Position numbers and translations under genes: made by a program. From contig OZ024741.1 in assembly GCA_964016885.1 (NCBI GenBank), positions 233,740,001-233,804,000 on the forward strand: a stretch of 64,000 nt of DNA. The letters are read 5' to 3'. This stretch comes from Eledone cirrhosa (lineage: Eukaryota). A model generated the notes under the pieces. The model worked only from the letters and a program-made list of their open reading frames with translations, was not told the origin of the DNA and ran no database searches. Within the stretch, counting starts at the first letter, position 1. Each line of letters opens with the position of its first letter. Positions 22,421-34,270 of this stretch are shown piece after piece.

Positions 22421-22479
22421 TTTTAGTTTATGCTAATGTAAACATACCAAAATTATTTGATCCACTAGAAGACACATAG

Positions 22480-22750
22480 CTGTGTAGTTAGTATGTTAGG
22501 ATCATGATCATAGAGTCACGAGTTCAATTCCCAGACTAGGCAGTCCTTGGAGAAGACACTTTATTTCACATTGCTCCAGTCCACAAAGAAAAATGGTTGC
22601 AACAACACCAGTGACAAACTATAAATGCCTTTGTATTTTCCTTGGACAACATTGGTGAGATGGAATGCCAGGTTTGCGGCTTGGTGAGGAACATTTTAAG
22701 TGCAAACCCATGGTCAATCACGACTGAAGGGGATCCCTATCTGCTGTGAA
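22480..22750 (+). mobile_element. Degenerate CORE-type tRNA SINE (family of 53095-53430)
   Basis: gagttcaattccc B-box, tccttggagaagacactttatttcacattgctccagt, tail gactgaaggggg. Confidence 0.65.
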
Positions 22751-23489
22751 CGCAAACTGTTTGACATCTACTCTCTCTACAATGGCTCTAAGCAACTCTA
22801 TTTATGTATTTGAATAAGTGATTTCCTAGAAAGTGAAATTATTAAAGAAGATAAGTATTCAATAATGATAGTAAATTACACAGTGGACAGTAGTGTTTCA
22901 GCCAACTACTACTATAAAGTATCCAGTATGACGTTCTAATTTGTCAGAACTTTTAACTAAAAGTTTGAAAGGGAAAAATTGTGTGAAAAATGTTTAGTTA
23001 TTTTGTAATTAATTTATACACTTCTGACACAATTTTGAGGTTTATCTTTTCGTTGATGACTGATTTTCTAGTTTTTCAATTAGGAATAGAATAAAGGAAG
23101 TAAATTTGAGCATGAGTTTAAGTTAATCCAGACAATTGAATATGAACTCAATGTAAACATTTCCATGGACAATCTTTGATTGAGAGATTCAACATTTGTG
23201 ATGACTGGAGAAAAATGGAAGTACTGACTATGTTTACTATGGAGTTTTGTAGAACTGAATGACACATCAGGTGTACAGTTACCATGGACCAATCAGAATG
23301 CCCCAACAGATCGTACTTTATTTTTAGTAAGTATATATTTAAACAAAAACTGATATATTTAAAGGTTTTTGATTTTTGTTAATGGACAAATATCTCACCC
23401 ATTATTCAAGATAGATCCATCAAATATCTTGTAAGTACATTAGGAATTCACATGAACAAAGTGTAATTATCAACTACCCAAGTGTATTT

Positions 23490-23940
23490 CTGCCTCAGTT
23501 TCTATTGCTGGATGGCCTTCCTAACACCAACCACATTTACAGGGTGGAGTGTGCAGTTATTGTTGTCTCATGTCACTAACATGACCACTCTATAGGGTGG
23601 ACTGGGTACTATTGTTGTGTCACCATCACAACAATCACCACCACTTTAGAAGGCTGAGTAGGTGCTCTTTGTCATGTCACCAACTTGAGTGCTCATCAGA
23701 GCAGTTCGGGTGCCATCTGTCTTGCCACTAACATGACTTTTCAAAATGAGCTGGGTACCTTCTGTCATGTCCCCAACATGACCACCTCACAGGGTGGACT
23801 GATTACTTATTTCTCATGTCACCAGCACAACTACCTTGCAGGGAAGGTTAGCTGCTGTTTTGTCATAACACCTGCATGACAACCTTACTGAGGGTGGACT
23901 CAGGGCTTTTAGCCAATTCAGCAGCATTGTGGGAGAGCAT
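23490..23940 (-). repeat. ~41-bp minisatellite derived from the RTE 3' UTR
   Basis: Repeated ccacttTAcAggGTGGACTGGGTgCTnTTtGTCATGTCACCagCATGA-like units beginning at an RTE tail motif (gctggatggccttcctaacaccaacc). Confidence 0.7.
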
Positions 23941-24194
23941 GTTAAGCTTTCTATACTTGTCTACATTGGTTGGTCAAGAGAGGTGAATCAGATGTTGAAA
24001 ATGGTGTTGGGGGTGTGTATGTAGGGTGTGGATTGGAGAGGTAGGTCAGTGTGGGGTACTTAGCTGGAAGTGGGTGGGTATCAACTACCCAAGTGTAACA
24101 AGTGTTAATAGAGGAAAGAGCAATAAACAGTAAAAACATGAGTTACAATTACCTTCCTTCAAAAAATGGCCTTCAATGCATCAAGATACCTATC

Positions 24195-24360
24195 AAGAGT
24201 AAAGACCCCCTTTGATCATAATTGACTATTGTTTTTGCAACTAGAAAGTTCCCCTCTGAGGCACAAACCTAGGCAAGGTGTTTTCTGTGGAAGATCAGCA
24301 GTCACCCATGCATGCCAGTCTCCTCTCTCCATGCCACCAATGTTGTTCAAAGGAGAGGCA
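24195..24360 (-). mobile_element. 3' part of CORE-type SINE
   Basis: Reverse complement of 53265-53425. Confidence 0.7.
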
Positions 24361-25054
24361 AATAAAATAGCTATATATTTACCATCATAATCATAATATT
24401 ATTATTATTATTTTTCAATTTCCACTTGAAAAGGGAGGTGAGGGTGGAAAGGGATGTGCTCCTTTTCAGTACATTTACCAATGGGTGGTTGAAAGTAGCA
24501 AAAATGATAAAAGTTAATGGGACTACTCTCAGCTTATGCCTGTATGTTGAACAATGATAGTTGGAGGAGGGCACTCACCCCTGGAGGTCAAAGCAATTGT
24601 AGATTTGTGGTGTTCTTCAATTAGCCTTAGGTATTCAGCTCTCTATAACAGGAGGACTGAATGCCTCATATAATTGTCCACTATATATATATCCAACTTG
24701 TATACTATGTATACATGTCGGCCACACTTTTTTCCTTCTTATTTCTATGTAAACCCCCACTTTAATGTTATAACCTGTCTTTCTATTGTCTTCTCCATCT
24801 GATGCCTGTCTGACAAATAAAAGAAATCATCATCATTGTTATTATGAGCAAGACATGGTCACCTGACCAAGCATTGCCCACAATAGGAAAACTTGTCTAA
24901 CCCATGCTAGCATGGAAAAATGGACATAAAACGGTGATAATGATGATGATGGTGATAATTTGAAACTTCCTTTGAATTCAGCTTCTTTCCTAAATCATGC
25001 CATGCGTCAACCTGACACTTGAGGCAAAATTTGACAATATACACATTTTACAAT

Positions 25055-27496
25055 CAATTGTCTTCTACTCGATGCCTATGACAGTAAAGAAGAACAGATA
25101 GAGACATTCAATGTAGAAGAGCACTGGGAGTTCCTAAAAAATAACTTACTAAAGGCAATGGACGAGATCTGTGGTTGGAGAAAGTCCACAGGGAGGAGGA
25201 GAGTAACTTGGTGGTGGAATAATAAGGTAAATGAGGCAGTTAAAGCTAAGAGACAGGCATGGAAAGAATGGAAGAACGGGGGAAGCAGTGCACATTACAT
25301 AGAGATCAGGTGGGAAGCTGGCGACAAGTATACTTAACTAGAATGGAAGCGGAGGATAGAAAATTCAAGCATGTTTTGCAATGTGAAGACCTGAAACAGG
25401 TGTTCAAGATTGCGGGGCAGTGTGTCAGAGACGATTGTGATGTCATTGAAGAGAAGTGTATCCGAAATGTAAAGATGAGCTTACCCTCACAAGTGCTGAG
25501 AAGAAAGCGGCATAAAAGAGACATTATGAAAGATTACTAAATGAGGAGAATGCATGGGGAAAAGAGACCCTACCCCAAGTGGACCCTATAGAGGAGCCAG
25601 CAGTACAAGTCAGCAGCAGCATAGTAAGTAAGGCAATCAAAGATATGAAGACAGGGAAGGCAGCCGGTCCATCGGGTATAGCTGCCGAGATGCTGAAGGC
25701 ATCTGAGTCAGTAGGTCAGACCATAACCACACAAATTGTTAACCAAGTAATACTAGAGGGTATCATACGAAAGGATTGGCGCAGCAGCATCATTGTCAAC
25801 TGCTACAAGGGTAAAGGTGATGCACTAGATAGAGGAAACTATAGAGGTATAAAGCTGAAGGACCAGATCATGAAAGTAATGGAAAGAGTTATAGCACAGT
25901 TGATTAGGGACCAGGTAAAACTAGATGAGATGCAATTTGGGTTTGTACCAGGAAAAGGTACCACTGATGCCCTCTTCCTTGAGAGGCAGTTACAAAAAAA
26001 GTACCGAACTAAAAGTAAGTCGCTCTACCTGGCATTCGTCGATCTGGAAAAAGCCTTCAACAGTCCCCTGTGGTATAATCTAGTGGGCTCTTAGAAAATT
26101 AGGAGTAGATGAATGGCTTGTGAAAGCTGTACAAGCCATGTATAGAGGAGCAGTCAGCAAAGTTAGGGGTGGCAATGACTATAGCGAGAAATTTAGCATA
26201 CAGGTCGGTGTCCACCAGGGCTGTTCTTAGCCCTCTCCTGTTCATTATAGTTTTGCAGGCAATAATGGAGGAGTTTAAGCCTGGATGCCCCTGGGAACTC
26301 CTGTATGCAGATGATCTCGCATTTATAGCTGAATCTATGGTGGAACCAGAGAAGAAATTCGAAGCATGGAAGCAGGGACTAGAAAGAAAGGGTCTCAAAG
26401 TCAACCTGACAAAGACTAAGGTTCTTGTAAGTAGACAAGAAAACAGAACCCAGATATCCTCATGGAAATGGCCTTGTTCAGTATGTAGGAAAGGTGTAGG
26501 TAGGAACTCCATCCTCTGCCCCAAATGCAAACAATGGGTACACAAGAGATGTAGTGGGATCTCAGGAAGCTTAATTAAGAATGTAGGTTTCATATGTAGC
26601 AGTGCGCTAGGACAGCAAGCAGCAAACGGCCACAGGAAACAAGCACCACCAAACTCTGGGAGGGCTCTGTAGAAACAGTAGACAGCTCTGCTACCTAGGT
26701 GACCGAATTAGCAGCGGAGGTGGGTGTTTGGAAAGTACAAAAACTAGGGTAAGAACGTGATGCTAGCTGCTAAAGGCTTTTCCCTCAAAATGAAAGGCAG
26801 ACTATATGATGCGTGTATACAAACAGCAATGTTACATGGTAGTGAGACCCAGGCGCTCTCTGTAGAAAACTTGTGCAGATTAGAAAGAAACGAAGCTTGC
26901 ATGCTCCGATGGATGTGTAATAGTAATATATGCGAACGGCAAAGCAGAAACGAATTGAGAGAGAGAGACTGAGCATAAGAGGAATCAAATGCTGTGTGCA
27001 GTAGAGGAGGTTGCGTTGGTATGGACATGTGATGCGTATGAATGAGGACAGCTGCATAAAAAGCTGCAGAGCACAAGAAGCCATGGAGTGCACCTCTCAA
27101 GGGCGATGGCACATGACTGTGGCCTCTGGCATCGCGCTGTAATACAGAAGACCCGACTTCCCATGTGTACAAGCCGAAGCTGAAGCATATAGTCAATATG
27201 CCTCCACCCCCTCCCACTGCAAAGTGGCCCTGCAGGTGCCACGGCAAAAAAGCACCCAGCCTACACTGTAAAGTGGACGTGTAGGCGCCACGGAAAAAAG
27301 CACCCAGCACTCACTGTAAATGAGGTTGGTGTTAGGAAGGGCATCCAGCTGTAAAAATCAAGCCAGAATCAGTTCCCGTATGAGCAAGTCACGGTCAGCT
27401 GACTGGACACTGCCCACAACAGGACAACCCATCTAACCCATGCTAGCATGGAAGAGCGGACGTAAAACAGTGATGATGATGATGATGATGATGATG
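25055..27496 (+). mobile_element. RTE LINE, 5'-truncated and decayed, with (GAT)n tail
   Basis: ORF fragments 25579-26094, 26169-26672 (YADD) and 26757-26972; closely related to 30608-33683. Confidence 0.93.
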
Positions 27497-28556
27497 TTTT
27501 ACAGATGATGTCACAAGGGCACAAACATCAGTTAAAGTCTTTGTAAGCTTTTTAAATTGATCATGCCCTTCTTAGTGCCAGTCAGCTCTATTCTCTTATC
27601 TCTTGCAGAGATGGCTTTCCAGTTATTTGTGCCAAATATTTTTCAGTTCCCTTTTTTATCATTTTACCAAGTGCACTGGTATTGTACAGGCCTTAAGATA
27701 CCACATTTTCTTAATTTCAATAGATAGATCTTTATATATACTGAGCTTTCTAAACTCTTTTGAGGAAATGTTATGATCTGATGGAATGCTCATGTCAATT
27801 AAGAAACATGTTTTCTCTTTATGGTCCATTGGCTTTGATTGTTCTATCAGTATTCACAGGGAAATCCCAGAGGATTGTTACATTCTTGCCTCCTATTACT
27901 TCATCTGGGTGATAGTTGTGCCATTTTCCCTCTGTTTTCAGACCATAAGACATGCACATTACCTGGTGTAAGTATTGCCCTACTCTATCATGCCTCGTTT
28001 TATATTCCTGGGGAGTTAATACTTGGCAGCCTGAAACCAGGAGGTCTATGGTTCAACATACTGATCACAGAATCAACATTTTGGATAAATTCTATTTCTA
28101 ATCACATTGGCTTGAAAGTTGAGTGTTGAAAGACACTAGTCTTGTGCAGCCAAAATGAAGCCCATACTCTCTGCCTTTAGCCCAAAACTCTGCAGCCACT
28201 AATGGGTAAGAGTTTGATCTACACTGGTTCTTTGCTACAGAGGACATACTGCCCATGCAGTGGTTTTTGCTCCCATATAGTGTACAGAATCTGTTGACCT
28301 TCATGTTTTACCAACACTTTGATATTCTTTGCAGCTTTAATTGCAGAATCAGCATTATTTTCAAAATGTATTCCCAATTCATCCGCAAACTTCCTGCTTT
28401 CCTTTGTGACTGAATGTAACCTCTTCTTCCTTTCATGATCAGCAACCATTTTCATCATCCAGTCATCTTTGGTTTTAAGGTACTGCTCAAGTCCAATGGT
28501 CGATATCCTGGAAGACAACTTGAACTGGATCATTCCTCTACCTCCGTTTTGTCTAG
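27497..28556 (-). mobile_element. R4/Dong-type RLE non-LTR retrotransposon, 3' fragment
   Basis: WEQKPLHGQY, WL..GLKAE..GFILAAQD, C..C knuckle, YKTRHDRVGQYLH, ILWDFPVNTDRTIKAN.P, DMSIPSDHNI..KEFEKLS.YKDL.IEI.KMW; flanked on both sides by GAT repeats. Confidence 0.85.
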
Positions 28557-29759
28557 TGATGATGATGGTGGTGGTGATCGTGATGATGATGTGGCATTAA
28601 GTGTAAACTTCTGAATTGTTTGAAATTTTGGAACAAATTCTCTCTAAATACATATATTTTAATTGATGTGGTAAAAGTAAACAATGGTGTGGATAAAGTA
28701 TAGGGCTAGAAGAGTGTAGTTCTCTGTTAAAGGAAGCCTGTTAACCATACCATTTTGTTTGAGGTGAGTAGGAAGGTCGTCATTGCGTATCTTACTGCAA
28801 GGGAACAGAATAGGCTTACAATCTGGCTTCACTTCTATTTCTGGAGAACAACAGAAAACAAGGGTTAAATATGAAAGGAAGAAAGAAAGAATCAGCTTTA
28901 TAAAACATTTTAAAGGAAATCAGTAAAGTAGATAAAATGGTATGGATTTGGTAGAGTGTTGTGGTGTAGTGGTGTAGCGGTGTATTGGTGCAGTGAGGGT
29001 GTGGTGTAGTGGTTGAGTGGTTTCTTGGTGTAATGTAGTGGCATATACATATTTAAAATGTTGGAATCAAAACACAGAAATCGCTATATATAATAATAGC
29101 TTTAGAAAATCAAGTAAAATACCTTTAGGGACAGAAAAAAATGACTAGCAGCCACTAGAGAAGCAAACCATGTGTCTCTCAAATTCTGGTTGAACATATT
29201 ACCACAATGCCAAATGACAGCTGACAACAGCTGTAAAGTTGTTATATATAGTTCCTAATTTGGGAAGAAAATGTCAACCATAGTGGTAATACACTCAACA
29301 TTTCAAATACCGAATCCTCCAAACACGTCGATAAATCATAAGATGAAAAATATGTGTGTGTGTAAACTAAGTGGTTAACTTAAGAAGAATTTGGAAAATT
29401 TGAAAGTTGAAATGTATGCATCCCAACTTAAATTACCATAACAATAGTCGATCAGAATAAATAATTGTTGAGAAAATCTGGTAATATACCAACAGAGATT
29501 TGACAAAAATGGCCTGAGGTACTTGTGAGGAACTGAACATCAGGCGAGTGTGTTAGCCACTATGTTAAAGAGGTACTGGCCACTGATTCTGTCTTTTTAG
29601 AACATTTTAAGGCTGCAGCTAGAAGTCTAAGCAAAACGTAGTGGTTAACGCACATGGTTCGAATCCAAGAGATGTGGGGCTTGATTCTTTGCAGCTTCTT
29701 CTGTCCACTTTTTTCCGTTTTTAGGGCAACTTTGTGATCAACTAATATATATGTAGGAA

Positions 29760-30230
29760 GCCTGCACAGTACACTCTACATGTAAATGGAGTTCCACTAA
29801 AGCTGGTAAAGAAGTTCATGTATCTCAGGGACATGTTCACGAGTGATGGAAGCCAGGAGGTTGAATTAAGTTAAAAAATTGCAGGAACTGGTGCAGTAAT
29901 GTGCCAGCTTCAGCATTCAGTAATCAGAAGAGAGGAAGGCGTAAAAGCCAAACTCTCTAGCTTCAATTCGGTTTTCGTGCCAACCCTTACCTATGGTCAT
30001 GAATCTTGAGTAATGATCAAAAGATTACAATAGCGAATACAAGCGGCCAAAATGGAGTTCCTTCGAAGGGTCTTTGCAGTAACATTACTCGATAGAGTGC
30101 GTAGCTTGGAGATCAGAGAGTCACTCCAGGTAGAGTTGCTACTTGTCCGAATTGAGAGATCACAGCTCCGATACTATGGGCATGTGATTAGAATGTCTCA
30201 TGAAAGAATCGCTGGACAGATTTTTCCAGT
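29760..30230 (+). mobile_element. RTE (Expander/Rex3-like) RT C-terminal fragment
   Basis: PTLTYGHES.., MEFLRRV..VTLLDRVRSLEIRESLQVE.LL.RIERSQLR.YGHVIRM. Confidence 0.8.
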
Positions 30231-30575
30231 CTACTTCTCAACAAGGAAGATGAAAAAACTTCCCTCGACACTTAATTTTAAGTCTTTAATTTTTAGTTTT
30301 TAATTCTTATTAATTCTTTTTAATTGTATTACTCAACATTTGATAAGATGAATTTTACTAATACATTGAAACAGGTTATACTTTGTATACTTTATATACA
30401 TTATAAAACACTTTTTTTAAAAGAATTGTCCCGCTCATTTTTTCAATAATGTCACTTTGACGAATCGAAGAAAGGAAAAAAAAGAAAAATAGACCCTTAA
30501 ATATATTTTCCATGCTATTTCCAATTTCACCTCTTCTCTGTCTCTCTCTCTCTCTCTCGCTCACTCTCTCTCTTG

Positions 30576-30607
<32 letters not shown>

Positions 30608-30609
<2 letters not shown>

Positions 30610-33600
30610 CAGCTTACGCACCCCAATCGGGGCTGCCAGACGAACTTATCAGCTTACGCACCCCAATCGGGGCTGCCAGACGAACTTAAGGATAGGTTTT
30701 ACGAGTCCCTAATACACACTACTGCTCTAACAGACGACAAGGACTTCCTAATCATTGCAGGAGATTTTAACGGACACGTAGGTAAACACTGCGACGGCTT
30801 CAATAGAGTACATGGAGGCCATGGAGTTGGCACAAGGAATGAGGAAGGATTCAGACTTCTAGAATTCTGCGACGCCAATGACATGTCGATATGTAACACA
30901 AACTTTAAAAAACCCGACAACCACCTGATCACCTATAGATCAGGGGAGCACTCTAGTCAGTTAGATTTTATCCTCATCAGAGGACGTGACAGATGGACGG
31001 TCGTAAACACAAAAGCCTTCCCTAGTGAGGAATGTACATCCCAACATAGCTTAGTTGTCAGCGACCTCACGGTCAGAACTAGACGAGCCCTGAAACAGAG
31101 GCCAACCTGGAGAAGAAAGATCTGGAAGCTGAAAGTCCCCTCAACCAGTAACAGATTTAAAGATATTTTACTCAACGCCTACGACAGTAAAGAAGAACAG
31201 ATAGAGACATTTAACGTAGAAGAGAACTGGGAGTTCCTAAAAAATAACTTACTAGAGGCGACGGATGAGGTTTGTGGCTGGAGTAAGACCTCAAGCAGGA
31301 GGAGAGTGACTTGGTGGTGGAACAATAAGGTAGATGAAGCAGTCAAGGCCAAGAGACAGGCATGGAAAGAATGGAAGAACGGGGGGAGCAGGGTACATTA
31401 CATAGAGACCAAGAGGGAAGCTAGGCGACAAGTATACTTAGCTAGGAGGGAAGCAGAGGATAGAAAATTCAAGCATGTTTTACAACGTGAGGACCAGAAA
31501 CAGGAGGTATTCAAGATTGCGAGGCAGTGTGTCAGAGATAGTTGTGATGTCATTGGAGAGAAGTGTATCCGGAATGATAAAGGTGAGCTTGCCCTCACAA
31601 GTGCTGAGAAGAAAGATGCATGGAAGAGTCATTATGATAGATTACTAAATGAGGAGAATGCATGGGAAGAAGAGACCCTACCCCACGTAGACCCTATAGA
31701 GGGACCAGCAGTACAAGTCAGCGGCAGCGTAGTAAGTAAGGCAATCAGAGATATGAAGATAGGGAAGGCAACCGGTCCATCGGGTATAGCTGCCGAGATG
31801 CTGAAGGCATCTGGGTCTGTAGGTCACACTATAACCACACGTATCGTTAACCAGGTAATACTAGAGGGGGCCATACCAAAAGATTGGTGCAGTAGCATCA
31901 TTGTCAACTGCTACAAAGGTAAAGGCGATGCACTAGATAGAGGAAACTATAGAGGTATAAAGTTGATGGACCAGGTCATGAAAGTAACAGAAAGAGTTAT
32001 AGCACAGCTGATTAGGGACCGGGTGAATATAGACGAGATGCAATTTGGGTTTGTTCCAGGGAAAGGCACCACTGATGCGCTCTTCCTTGTGAGGCAATTA
32101 CAGGAAAAGTACCTAGCTAAAAGTAAGCCACTCTACTTGGCATTTGTCGACCTTGAGAAAGCCTTTGACAGAGTTCCACGTGCAGTAATCTGGTGGGCTC
32201 TTAGAAAACTAGGAGTAGATGAATGGCTTGTGAAAGCGGTACAAGCCATGTATAGGGGAGCAGTCAGCAAAGTTAGGATTGGCAATGAGTATAGCGAGGA
32301 ATTTAGCGTACAGGTTGGGGTCCACCAGGGCTCTGTTCTTAGCCCTCTCCTGTTCATCATAGTCCTGCAGGCAATAACGGAGGAGTTTAAGACCGGATGC
32401 CCATGGGAACTCCTGTATGCTGATGACCTCGCACTCATAGCTGAATCTATGGTAGAACTAGAGAATAAATTCCAAACCTGGAAGCAGGGACTAGAGAGAA
32501 AGGGCCTCAAAGTCAACATGACAAAGACTAAGGTCCTTATAAGTAGACGAGAAAACAGAACCCAGATCCCCTCAGGGAAATGGCCTTGCTCAGTATGTAG
32601 GAAAGGTGTAGGTAGGAACTCCATTCTTTGCCCCAAATGCAAACAATGGGTACACAAGAGATGTAGCGGGATCTCAGGAAGCTTAATTAAGAATGTAGGA
32701 TTCACATGCAGCAGCTGTGCTGAAACAGCAAGCAAACAGCCACAGGAAACAAGTACCACCAATCTCTGGGAGGGCCCTGTAGAAACAGTAGACAGCTTCT
32801 GCTACCTAGGTGACCGAATTAGCAACGGAGGTGGGTGCTCAGAAAGTACAATAACTAGGGTAAGAACGGGATGGAAGAAGTTTAGGGAACTACTACCACT
32901 GCTAGCTGCAAAAGGCTTCTCCCTCAGAATGAAAGGCAGACTGTATGATGCGTGTATCCGAACAGCGATGTTGCATGGTAGTGAGACCTGGGCGCTGAAG
33001 GTGGAAGACTTACGTAGATTAGAGCGAAACGAAGCCTGCATGCTCCGATGGATGTGTAACAGTAATATACGTGAACGACAAAGCATAAATGAATTGAGAG
33101 AGAGACTGAGCATAAGAGGAATCAAATGCTGCGTGCAGGAGAGGCGGTTACGCTGGTATGGACATGTGATGCGTATGAAGGATGACAGCTGCATAAAAAG
33201 GTGCAGAGCACTAGAAGTTGATGGAAACCGCGGAGTGGGGAGACCCAAGATGACTTGGGATGAGGTGATAAAAGCCGACCTTACCCAACTACACCTCTCA
33301 AAGTCAATGACACACGACCGTGACTTCTGGCGTCACGCAGTAATACAGGGTACCCGACCTCCCATGGGTACATGCTGAAGCATATAAACAATATGCCCCC
33401 CCCCCCCCCACCGCAAGGTGGTCGTGGAGGTGCCACGGCAAAAAAGCACCCAGCCCACACTGTAAAGTGGACGTGTAGGCGCCACGAAAAAGCACCCAGC
33501 ACTCACTGTAAATGAGGTTGGTGTTAGGAAGGGCATCCAGCTGTAGAAATCAAGCCAGATCAGTTCCTGTATGAGCAAGGCATGGTCAGCCGACCAGACA

Positions 33601-33681
33601 CTGCCCACAACAGGACAACCCGTCTAACCCATGCTAGCGTGGAAGAACGGACGTAAAACGGTGATGATGATGATGATGATG

Positions 33682-33683
<2 letters not shown>
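30608..33683 (+). mobile_element. Young RTE LINE, 5'-truncated within APE; uninterrupted APE-RT-PHD reading frame; (GAT)n tail; inserted in (TA)n
   Basis: Frame open from ~30650 (SAYAPQ..AGDFNGHVG) through 33378; YADD intact; 40-bp tandem duplication at the 5' junction. Confidence 0.96.
30883..33378 (+). CDS. RTE ORF (APE C-terminus, reverse transcriptase with inserted C4HC3 finger), 831 aa; N-terminally incomplete
   Basis: ORF track; motifs NYRGI, QFGF, AFVDLEKAFDRV, GVHQGSVLSP, YADD, YLG, RRLRWYGHVMR. Confidence 0.9.
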   Translation: MSICNTNFKKPDNHLITYRSGEHSSQLDFILIRGRDRWTVVNTKAFPSEECTSQHSLVVSDLTVRTRRALKQRPTWRRKIWKLKVPSTSNRFKDILLNAYDSKEEQIETFNVEENWEFLKNNLLEATDEVCGWSKTSSRRRVTWWWNNKVDEAVKAKRQAWKEWKNGGSRVHYIETKREARRQVYLARREAEDRKFKHVLQREDQKQEVFKIARQCVRDSCDVIGEKCIRNDKGELALTSAEKKDAWKSHYDRLLNEENAWEEETLPHVDPIEGPAVQVSGSVVSKAIRDMKIGKATGPSGIAAEMLKASGSVGHTITTRIVNQVILEGAIPKDWCSSIIVNCYKGKGDALDRGNYRGIKLMDQVMKVTERVIAQLIRDRVNIDEMQFGFVPGKGTTDALFLVRQLQEKYLAKSKPLYLAFVDLEKAFDRVPRAVIWWALRKLGVDEWLVKAVQAMYRGAVSKVRIGNEYSEEFSVQVGVHQGSVLSPLLFIIVLQAITEEFKTGCPWELLYADDLALIAESMVELENKFQTWKQGLERKGLKVNMTKTKVLISRRENRTQIPSGKWPCSVCRKGVGRNSILCPKCKQWVHKRCSGISGSLIKNVGFTCSSCAETASKQPQETSTTNLWEGPVETVDSFCYLGDRISNGGGCSESTITRVRTGWKKFRELLPLLAAKGFSLRMKGRLYDACIRTAMLHGSETWALKVEDLRRLERNEACMLRWMCNSNIRERQSINELRERLSIRGIKCCVQERRLRWYGHVMRMKDDSCIKRCRALEVDGNRGVGRPKMTWDEVIKADLTQLHLSKSMTHDRDFWRHAVIQGTRPPMGTC

Positions 33684-33737
<54 letters not shown>

Positions 33738-34126
33738 GTTGAATGTGTGGTTGTAATCACTAAGGAGGGGGTGGGGTGGGGGGATGTGGGGGGGATGTGG
33801 GTGAGGGTGAGGTGGGGTGAATATGTAATCATAGAAATAAATATACTATATTGTGTAAAAATCACTGGCGGTGCCTTTCTGACTGATGAACGAGGCAAAA
33901 TCAACTCTCTTAAGGAAATTCTGACTCCTGGGGCGGTATAGGCCAGTTTGCCAAGTATTTTACCCAATATAGTATATATACATATACTTATATGTATATA
34001 TAGGTTATTAGGTGGGTAACTTGTAGTTACTAGCAGCTACGCTGGTTGAAGCACTCAATGCTGTTACTCTGTCCATCAGTCATTAGCTTGTGCTCCAGCT
34101 TTAGGGTGGCTGTAGTTTGCAGAGTG

Positions 34127-34213
34127 TATATCTGAAGAAGTGTCGATTGAGAGTTGGGATCCGATCGCATGATCAAATCCGAGCTGATTGATAGAGAAAC
34201 AAATTGTAATATG
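34127..34213 (+). ncRNA. Degenerate type I hammerhead motif with long stem II (solo Penelope pLTR)
   Basis: TATAT-CTGAAGA-[imperfect long hairpin]-GAAAC-AAATT-GTA-ATATG; base of stem II mismatched. Confidence 0.5.
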
Positions 34214-34270
34214 AAATAAAGTTTACAAAAAGCTGCAATTCTTATTGTCACTTTATACATATATATATAT

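Noticed and set aside
23468-24098. 19-bp direct repeat tatcaactacccaagtgta as a TSD of the minisatellite element
   Set aside because: Similarity to the related locus at 43170-43345 seems to extend beyond the right repeat, so the boundary is ambiguous
29636-29700. tRNA gene
   Set aside because: A-box-like start but no cloverleaf; probably a decayed SINE head
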